Shown here piece after piece: positions 57,186 through 64,000 of a DNA stretch of 64,000 nt. The DNA is taken from the NCBI GenBank assembly GCA_041663005.1, contig JBAZRK010000002.1, positions 64,740-128,739 on the forward strand, read 5' to 3'. Origin of the DNA: Minisyncoccota bacterium. GTDB taxonomy: Bacteria > Patescibacteriota > Minisyncoccia > Phycocordibacterales > UBA9973. Each line of letters begins with the position of its first letter. Position 1 is the first letter of the stretch. The notes under the pieces are model-generated. The model saw only the letters and a list, made by a program, of their open reading frames with translations, was not told where the DNA came from and ran no database searches. The position numbers and the translations under genes are program-made.

Positions 57186-59381
57186 ATGGCTGGAAATAAA
57201 AAATTCATTAAACTTATCTCCGTTATTTTAATCATCGCGGTTTTTATGCCTTCGGTGGCAATACTTTCGACACCAAAGAGGGCAGAGGCGCAAGCGGCCG
57301 TTGCAGAAGTGGGCCCCTGGGCGTGGATAAGTAAAGCTTTGATGAGTATGGGAATTTCCCAAGAAACAATTACAGCGCTCATTAAAGGAAAGGAGTGGGC
57401 CTGGAAAATCACCGAGGAACTAGCAAAGGCTGCGGCAATGAAAGCCCTGCAGGAAATGACTAAAAGCACCATAACTTGGATTAACCAGGGTTACCACGGA
57501 ACTCCGCTTTTCTTAGAAAATCCACAGTCGTTCTTTCAAGATATTGTTAAATATGAGGTGAAAACAGCAGTAGATGCGTACGGATATAATGAACTTATGT
57601 ATCCTTTCGGTCGTGACTTCGCTTTAAATACCATCAACGCCTACAAAAGCCAAATTGCCGAGAACAATGCTTACACTTTAAGTTCGGTAATAAATGACCC
57701 TATCCTCTTAAAAAACTACCAAACCGACTTCAATGTTGGTGGCTGGACAGGATTCTTAATTAATACTCAATATCCACAAAATAACTATATCGGTTTCCAA
57801 ATGACGGCAACTGAAGACCTCGCCAGAAAGATACAAACTCCGGTTAATAATAAATTGGCCGAAGTGCAAAACACAGTAAGCCAGGGAATGGGCTTTCTGT
57901 CTCCACAGATGTGTCAAACAAATCCTAGCTATAATAATGATTTTTATAATCAGTTTAACGCGCCAAAGTACAACGAATCAAAATTTGATAAGACATACCT
58001 AGAAACTCACCCTTACCCTGAAACAGGAGGAGTTCCAACTCCCGAAGACGAAAATGCTGTGAAAACTTGGGAGCTAAATAGAGATCTGGCTATGGCAGAA
58101 GATAGGGGGGAGTGGGGAAAAACCAATGAATGTCCTCCGAACGGAGACGGCTCAAGTGGCCTGGTCAATACCACCCCGGGCGCAGTTGTGGCCAACCAAA
58201 TTTTCCAGTCTGTGCAAACCCCTACTACACTGAAACAAATGGCAGTTAATTCTGGTACTCAAATTTTGTCTGCTGTTTTCGATCAGTTAATAGGAAAGTT
58301 AGTTGATGCGGGTTTGAATGCTTTGGCAAGTAAGACAAACCCTCCTCCACCCCAAGGAGAGGAGTGGAGTTATAACGGCATAAAATTGGGAGGTTCAGCA
58401 ACCGTAAGTGGCTATAATAATGGGGATGATATTTGGTCTACCCCGGACGAAATTGTTACTGTCGCTGACTTTAAAACAAAAGTAGAGGCGGAAATAAAAA
58501 AGACTGAAACAGAGATAAAATATATGTCGAATAATGTGCCGGACAGCTTCGGCCCTGGAACAATGCAAGTCCTAGCACAACTCTGGCCGAAGGCTCAAAC
58601 CCTCGACATCTGCCAGCCTGGCCCGGACATTAATTGGGGAAATAGATTTGATTCGGAAATGACTATCAACCAAACAAAATTTTCTGGTGACAGCCCTGAA
58701 GCGGCTTCAAATTCAAAGGAGCTTGAATATGCCGCCAGCATATTCAAGGATTGGGTAAGCACACAGACTAAGTATGCCCTACCCTCTTCAGCTAGTTACT
58801 TAGGAGCAATCGATGATTTGCCTGACTTGGACCAACAAGCAACTCAAGTCCAGAACAAATTAGACGAGAAATCAGATGTACTGACTCAATTAAAACTGAT
58901 GAAGACAAAACTCGAAACTATGACCGGTGAACCCGCAGCTGGCTCTGAAGAAGAGCGCACACTTTTGTCTCTCTGGTCCCAACGTAAGGCAATCTTAGGA
59001 CAGATAAGTAACGACATAAGTCTGGGTGAAACTAGTAGCGAGCGAGACATTGTTTTATCTAAGAGCCAAAACCTTGACCAGCTCTTGATACGATGCAAGG
59101 AGGAGCGTGTAGCTAAAGGTTGGGACGCACAAGGGGGCCCAGGAAGCAAGCAGTCGGCGGGTGCTGTAACTGAGCAAGTTTACTTCTGCGAGGCGCCCAT
59201 TGTCGGAGGGTTCTCCCACAAGACATTTATAAATACTGGGACCATTGCTTATCCGCAAATTCCGTTAGTTAATGCCTCAAATGTAGCAAATGGTGGGTCT
59301 TCGGTTGACGTAACTATGAATTGTGGAAATATTTTCAGCGCTAGTATTTTGGATTATAAAGGAAATTTGCCAAGTTTCTAG
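57186..59381 (+). CDS. Large secreted hypothetical protein of 731 aa in the T4SS-like cluster
   Basis: Signal peptide MAGNKKFIKLISVILIIAVFMPSVAILSTPKRAEA, with no further TM segments. Confidence 0.55.
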   Translation: MAGNKKFIKLISVILIIAVFMPSVAILSTPKRAEAQAAVAEVGPWAWISKALMSMGISQETITALIKGKEWAWKITEELAKAAAMKALQEMTKSTITWINQGYHGTPLFLENPQSFFQDIVKYEVKTAVDAYGYNELMYPFGRDFALNTINAYKSQIAENNAYTLSSVINDPILLKNYQTDFNVGGWTGFLINTQYPQNNYIGFQMTATEDLARKIQTPVNNKLAEVQNTVSQGMGFLSPQMCQTNPSYNNDFYNQFNAPKYNESKFDKTYLETHPYPETGGVPTPEDENAVKTWELNRDLAMAEDRGEWGKTNECPPNGDGSSGLVNTTPGAVVANQIFQSVQTPTTLKQMAVNSGTQILSAVFDQLIGKLVDAGLNALASKTNPPPPQGEEWSYNGIKLGGSATVSGYNNGDDIWSTPDEIVTVADFKTKVEAEIKKTETEIKYMSNNVPDSFGPGTMQVLAQLWPKAQTLDICQPGPDINWGNRFDSEMTINQTKFSGDSPEAASNSKELEYAASIFKDWVSTQTKYALPSSASYLGAIDDLPDLDQQATQVQNKLDEKSDVLTQLKLMKTKLETMTGEPAAGSEEERTLLSLWSQRKAILGQISNDISLGETSSERDIVLSKSQNLDQLLIRCKEERVAKGWDAQGGPGSKQSAGAVTEQVYFCEAPIVGGFSHKTFINTGTIAYPQIPLVNASNVANGGSSVDVTMNCGNIFSASILDYKGNLPSF

Positions 59382-59390
59382 AGACCGAGA

Positions 59391-61817
59391 ATGAATATGC
59401 TAGTTAAAAAAATAATTCCGTATTTTCTGATAACTATCATTATCTCTGGGATAGGATTTTTCAGTGGTGCAGAAAAGGCAAGTGCGGCTGATGGGCTGTG
59501 TAGTGTTGACATAACGACGATCAGAGTAAGAATGGTCGGGGGGACAGAAGAGGTAACTGAGACAACCTCACAAATACAAAGAACACTTGCCGATACTGTA
59601 TGTAAGCTAGCAAATCCTGATTTAAGAAAAGTATTAGGCTTAGACGGCGATCAGAGCATCACCAATGTAGAGTGGCAGCCACTCTCAGTTGCCGACAAAA
59701 AAATGTGGTGCATTGTACGCGATACCACGAGAAGTGTCCAAGACGGACAGGTTGTAAAACAACTAAAAGACGTAGAAGAAAGAAACTGTAATTATGAACG
59801 CCTGAAAGGCTTATATCCTGATCTTAAGCCGGAGCCAACTTTCAGGTATACGCCTGCCTCCACTCTATCTCCAGATTTAATAAAGACGGGAGGCGGAGTA
59901 GCCGTAGCGGAAGATATATTTGAGAACATAGTTAAGGGAAAGGCATGTATAGATTTATCTGAAGGCTTTGATATGATGGGGTGTGCTCTGAAATTCACCT
60001 ACTTCGTACTTTATATGCCCATGGCCGGCGTTCTCTGGCTATCGGCAAAATTCTTCGACTATTTAATATTTGTTACGTTGTCAAGCACATTGTTTAGGGA
60101 AGGGTTTGTTAGGGAAGCATGGGCAATTGTTAGAGACCTTTCCAACCTTTTCTTTATCTTGATTCTCTTATATGTGGCTATTGAGATAATTTTAGGTCTG
60201 GCTCACGACGCAAAAAAGGCAATTGTCAGAGTTATCGTTGCGGCGTTGCTTATTAATTTCTCTATGTTTTTCACTGGCATTGCCATAGATTCTTCAAATA
60301 TTTTAGCCTTAGTTTTTTATAATAAACTGCAAACAACATACAAAGATAAGAACGGGGAGCCAGTGGAACGCTCCGGCGACACTCCTGTGGGTGCAGCTAG
60401 AGATGTTTCCGGGAGTCTTGCAGACTCATTTAATCTAACGAAAATGGTTACCCCCAAGATTATCAAGGCAACTTCTGTTCCTCTCCCTGGGGGACTCAAA
60501 TCGTCTGATCCTTCTAGCAGTTTGATGTTGGTAATTCTTCTGGTCGCCATCGCAGTAATGGGGCTTGCGTCGTACGCTTTCCTTGTTGCTGGCTTTTCTT
60601 TCGTGGGTCGTTTGGTAGAACTTTGGGTTCTGATTATTGCCTCTCCGTTCGCTTTTATGTCTTCAACCATACACGAGCTAGAGGGGATTAAGGATTGGGG
60701 ATGGCATAGCTGGCTACATCGCCTGCTCACAGCCTCATTTATGGCCCCGGCATTTATGTTTTTCTTGTATTTTATTTTCAAGTTGAGTGAAGCTGGGGTA
60801 AAAGATATGTTACAACCAACAAAAGATAGCGGCGAGTCGCTGATTTTACTTTTGCTGAGTTTCGTCTTGCCCGCACTTTTAATTATGATTCTTCTCTTGA
60901 AATCTGTGAGTCTTGCGAAGGCTAGTGCCGGTCAAATGGGTGAAACGGTTGCTAAGTGGGGAGAAAAATTAGGAGGGATGGCTGGCGGACTAGCGCTCGG
61001 AGCAGCGACAGGTGGCGCCGGGTTAGCATTAGGAGGTGCAGCAGCGCTGGGAAGAAACACTGCTGGAAGAACGGCAGCTGCCTTGGCAGAAAGTAATAAA
61101 TTTAAAACTTGGGCCGCAGACAGCAAGTTGGGTAAGCGCGCCATGAATCTCACGAGTGGTTTAGCCTCTAGCAGTTTTGATCTCCGGGGGGTTAAACTAG
61201 GAGGTAAGGGTTTATCATCGGTTTCGGGACTTAAGGGCATAGGCAAAGGGCAAGAAGGTGGGTTTGTAAAAGCTAGAGCGGAGGCGGTTAAGAAAGAGGA
61301 AGAATTCGCAAATAAAGTATTAGACACTGGAGATTATGCAAAAGCAGAAATGTCGCGAGGGGGTATGTCGCAAGCTAAGGCAGATAAATTAATTAAAACA
61401 ATGATTGATGGAGGGATGACTGACCTAGGAGATGTAAATAAATATCGAACCGCTCTTATGGGCAACGGTGTACGAAAGGAGAACCTAGGGGAGGTTTCTA
61501 GATACTTGAACACTTCTCGCCGAAACACCTACGCAGACAGACTCGAAAAACGTGCAAAAAATTGGCAGAGCAAAGCCGGCACATGGTTTGCTTCTAAAAA
61601 TATTGCTGCAAACAAAATACGCAAGGACTCACATCAGCAAAAAGAAGAAGAGGAGTTGGCTCATGTAATACATAAAGTGGTGGAAGAAGCGGAAAAAGGC
61701 CACGGCAAGGGACATGGAAAAAAGCATGATGCGGAGGAAGAGACTACGGAACCAGCACATCCAACACCACCTCAAGATGGAGGTGGCTCTGCGCCAACGC
61801 CTCATCCTCATGCATAA
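59391..61817 (+). CDS. TrbL/VirB6-like polytopic membrane protein with a Gly/Ala-rich C-terminal extension
   Basis: Signal/TM at N-terminus, at least 5 central TM helices, a Gly-Ala-rich tract (GGMAGGLALGAATGGAGLALGGAAALG) and a charged tail. The topology resembles type IV secretion VirB6/TrbL proteins. Confidence 0.5.
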   Translation: MNMLVKKIIPYFLITIIISGIGFFSGAEKASAADGLCSVDITTIRVRMVGGTEEVTETTSQIQRTLADTVCKLANPDLRKVLGLDGDQSITNVEWQPLSVADKKMWCIVRDTTRSVQDGQVVKQLKDVEERNCNYERLKGLYPDLKPEPTFRYTPASTLSPDLIKTGGGVAVAEDIFENIVKGKACIDLSEGFDMMGCALKFTYFVLYMPMAGVLWLSAKFFDYLIFVTLSSTLFREGFVREAWAIVRDLSNLFFILILLYVAIEIILGLAHDAKKAIVRVIVAALLINFSMFFTGIAIDSSNILALVFYNKLQTTYKDKNGEPVERSGDTPVGAARDVSGSLADSFNLTKMVTPKIIKATSVPLPGGLKSSDPSSSLMLVILLVAIAVMGLASYAFLVAGFSFVGRLVELWVLIIASPFAFMSSTIHELEGIKDWGWHSWLHRLLTASFMAPAFMFFLYFIFKLSEAGVKDMLQPTKDSGESLILLLLSFVLPALLIMILLLKSVSLAKASAGQMGETVAKWGEKLGGMAGGLALGAATGGAGLALGGAAALGRNTAGRTAAALAESNKFKTWAADSKLGKRAMNLTSGLASSSFDLRGVKLGGKGLSSVSGLKGIGKGQEGGFVKARAEAVKKEEEFANKVLDTGDYAKAEMSRGGMSQAKADKLIKTMIDGGMTDLGDVNKYRTALMGNGVRKENLGEVSRYLNTSRRNTYADRLEKRAKNWQSKAGTWFASKNIAANKIRKDSHQQKEEEELAHVIHKVVEEAEKGHGKGHGKKHDAEEETTEPAHPTPPQDGGGSAPTPHPHA

Positions 61818-61821
61818 AAAT

Positions 61822-62271
61822 ATGACTTCCGAAATAGAACAAATAATTAAAAATCAGTGGAATCAATTACCGGAAGGGGTAAGGTCTATTCTAGCAAACC
61901 CTGAGCTTAGCCTTAAAATTAGAACTCTTGGAAAAAATATCGGGCTGACAGACGAACAATTACCAACACTAGAAACTGAAACTTTTTTGGTTTTGTTGGG
62001 ACTATCTAATCCTAGAAATTTTAAACAGGAACTGCAGCGTCGCTTGGGTTTACCGGGAGAATCCGCTAATGTTGTGTCGGCAGAAATAGTAAGAAATATA
62101 TTAAGTGGATTGGAAATCGAGCTCGAACACATTTTCCGCAGCGTTAATGTAAGCGGGGAAAACGAAAATTCTATGATTGTTTCTGATCAACTACCTGAGA
62201 ATTCTTCTTGGTATGAAAATATTGTTTTTATTTTATCAGGTGGGGATTTTAATGCTTTTGATGAGGTATAA
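61822..62271 (+). CDS. Small hypothetical protein (paralogous domain shared with the next gene)
   Basis: ATG at 61822 immediately after the upstream stop. Shares an L..E....LGL....F...L...LG......A..V motif with the 62289 gene. Confidence 0.45.
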   Translation: MTSEIEQIIKNQWNQLPEGVRSILANPELSLKIRTLGKNIGLTDEQLPTLETETFLVLLGLSNPRNFKQELQRRLGLPGESANVVSAEIVRNILSGLEIELEHIFRSVNVSGENENSMIVSDQLPENSSWYENIVFILSGGDFNAFDEV

Positions 62272-62288
62272 AATGATATAATTAAAAT

Positions 62289-62981
62289 ATGCAAGAAGAA
62301 CGAGATCGGTTACAAGTTAAAATAGATGAAGCTAGAAAGAAATTGCCAGAAATTACTCGGCAGGCTATAGACGCAGTAGACGTTAAAGAAGTAATTTGGG
62401 AAATTCATAAGGAAAATAAGTACGACCTTACACAACTCGGGGACCTGGAACTAGAAACAACACTACTTCTATGTGGTCTTATTGAGCCTGATGATTATCC
62501 TAAGGACATACAAGAAAGGCTTGGAATAAGCGAAAACGAAGCAGGCGACTTAGTAAAATTAATGAATGAAAAAGTTTTCAAAAAAATTCGTAACAAACTC
62601 ATTGAAAACACCAAACAGAAACCCGATTCCCGAGAAAAAGCCCCTGCAGTACCCGCCTCAGAAATAAGCAATCAGGAGCTTAAGAAGGCGGGAATAGAGG
62701 TTATGCCAAGCGCTTCACCTGTGCCAAGCAATGAAGTAAAGCCAGAAACCCGCGAAGAAATTTTAAAAAGGTTGGAACAACCTGAAATTGCAGCCCCTGC
62801 TGGCGGGTCCCATCCAATTCTAGCTGAAAAGCTTTCCGGTCCTATGCAAATTCCATCTTCTGCGACAGTACACTCACTGGACAACCTTACTAAACCAGCG
62901 GCAACACCCGCCGCCACTTCGACGAAAGCTCCCGCTCCTCAAAAATACGACGTGGACCCTTATCGGGAACTCCCAGAATAG
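62289..62981 (+). CDS. Small hypothetical protein with a Pro/Ala-rich C-terminus
   Basis: N-terminal domain paralogous to the preceding ORF. Confidence 0.45.
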   Translation: MQEERDRLQVKIDEARKKLPEITRQAIDAVDVKEVIWEIHKENKYDLTQLGDLELETTLLLCGLIEPDDYPKDIQERLGISENEAGDLVKLMNEKVFKKIRNKLIENTKQKPDSREKAPAVPASEISNQELKKAGIEVMPSASPVPSNEVKPETREEILKRLEQPEIAAPAGGSHPILAEKLSGPMQIPSSATVHSLDNLTKPAATPAATSTKAPAPQKYDVDPYRELPE

Positions 62982-63038
62982 GTTCTGTTTGTTACTAAAA
63001 ATAAAATTTTCAGGTATAATTGAATTAGCTCGCTAGCT

Positions 63039-63488
63039 TTGAGCTACCCAATGCAATTCAAGGTCCCTCAATTTTTAGACATAGAAGATAAAATTTTCGG
63101 CCCTTTCACTTTTCGGCAGTTCGTTTATCTTGCCGGAGGGGCGGGGTTGTGCTTTGTGTTATACAGACTCCTGGGATTACTCTGGAGCTCGCTGCCAATA
63201 TTGTTCGTCGGCGGGTTTGCTGGAGCTCTAACTTTCTACCGTCCGAACAATAAACCGTTTATCAATATGCTTGAAGCGGGAATAAAATATTTATTTCAAA
63301 GCAAGCTGTATATTTGGGAAAGACGGATGGGGCAAGCCGGCCAGGCCCGAGATTCAAAACAAGAAGCACTCACTGCGGCTCAGACATCTAGCGCCACTCA
63401 GGTTGGAGCTCGCCTAACAGGGGAAAAGCTTCGAGACCTTGCTTGGAGCTTGGATGTATTGGATTTAAGTAGGGAAAAGAAAAACTAA
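63039..63488 (+). CDS. PrgI/VirB3-like small membrane protein
   Basis: Short N-terminus then FGPFTFRQFVYLAGGAGLCFVLYRLLG and a second TM segment. Size, topology and position immediately upstream of a VirB4-like gene match PrgI/TcpE/VirB3-type proteins. Confidence 0.5.
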   Translation: MSYPMQFKVPQFLDIEDKIFGPFTFRQFVYLAGGAGLCFVLYRLLGLLWSSLPILFVGGFAGALTFYRPNNKPFINMLEAGIKYLFQSKLYIWERRMGQAGQARDSKQEALTAAQTSSATQVGARLTGEKLRDLAWSLDVLDLSREKKN

Positions 63489-63489
63489 T

Positions 63490-64000
63490 ATGGCACTTAG
63501 CGCAAAAGCAACCCAAGATTTCGTTCCGATAAGAGAAATACGCGATGGCGTTATCATTTTGAAGGACGGCGGGCTACGAGCGATAGTTCTTGCCAATTCC
63601 GTTAACCTGTCTCTCAAATCAGAGGATGAACAAAAGGCAACTATCGCGCAATTTCAAAACTTTCTGAATACCTTAGACTTCTCGGTACAGATATCCGTTC
63701 AATCTCGCCGACTCGACATCCGCCCATATCTGCTGCTTTTAGAAAACAGGATGAAAGTACAAAATGAACCTTTGCTTAAATTGCAGACTAAAGAATACAT
63801 AGAGTTCATTCGCAATTTCACCGAGTCGGTAAGTATAATGACGAAAAGCTTCTTCGTAGTCGTGCCATACACCCCCACAACCCTACAGTCAGATGCGAGC
63901 TTTTTAGATAAATTACTTTCCAGGAAGAACGCTGCTCAGCAACAAGCTGCCCAACAGATAGCGTTTGAGGAAAAGAAGTCCCAGCTTGAAGAAAGGGTGG
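63490..64000 (+). CDS. VirB4/TrbE/CagE-like type IV secretion ATPase, N-terminal fragment (continues past window)
   Basis: ORF open from ATG 63490 to window end: MALSAKATQDFVPIREIRDGVIILKDGGLRAIVLANSVNLSLKSEDEQKATIAQFQNFLNTLDFSVQISVQSRRLDIRPYL. This is the pattern of VirB4 N-terminal domains in Gram-positive-type conjugation systems. Not in the ORF track because no stop lies in the window. Confidence 0.55.
   Translation, partial: MALSAKATQDFVPIREIRDGVIILKDGGLRAIVLANSVNLSLKSEDEQKATIAQFQNFLNTLDFSVQISVQSRRLDIRPYLLLLENRMKVQNEPLLKLQTKEYIEFIRNFTESVSIMTKSFFVVVPYTPTTLQSDASFLDKLLSRKNAAQQQAAQQIAFEEKKSQLEERV

Overview
This 64 kb window looks like a gene-dense, small-genome bacterial chromosome with Gram-positive-like signatures, and possibly a Patescibacteria/CPR-like organism (low confidence). 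The Gram-positive-like signals are RNase Y, PcrA, LexA with a Cheo-type GAAC-N4-GTTC box, and tRNAs without encoded CCA. GC content is about 45 percent apart from a GC-rich first 500 nt.

Recognisable housekeeping genes include nusA, a membrane H+-pyrophosphatase, trigger factor, a pyrC-carA-carB-pyrB pyrimidine cluster, clpP, rny, hup, lexA, comM/yifB, metK, deoxyhypusine-synthase-like, a sensor histidine kinase, pnp, rpsO, a Tat-signal M15 peptidase, xerC/D-like, xth, murI, cca, four tRNAs, yraN, zupT, a LysM-M23 peptidase, pcrA and ksgA.

Observations worth a second look:
- A roughly 45-nt double-hairpin palindromic repeat occurs four times. One copy is intergenic, and three are read through in frame inside metK, murI and the carB N-terminus. 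This resembles Rickettsia palindromic elements.
- The window's 3' end carries a type IV secretion or conjugation-like cluster. It includes a TrbL/VirB6-like polytopic membrane protein, a PrgI/VirB3-like small membrane protein and the start of a VirB4-like ATPase, plus secreted and small paralogous proteins.
- Two tandem, internally duplicated cysteine-rich paralogs of about 570 aa have no obvious known homologs.
- A GIY-YIG nuclease gene is bracketed by perfect inverted repeats that share a CCCCCACACCT core with a distant perfect 34-bp palindrome.
- An IS200/RayT-like Y1 transposase is flanked by REP-like hairpins.
- An SOS promoter (TTGACA-17-TATACT) has a LexA box in its spacer and drives a small ORF plus lexA.
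- A 23-nt palindrome recurs identically at two loci, one of them inside xth.
- Three ATTACGTAAT palindromes sit upstream of a transporter gene.

All coordinates come from reading the sequence by hand and may be off by 1-2 nt. No homology search was run.
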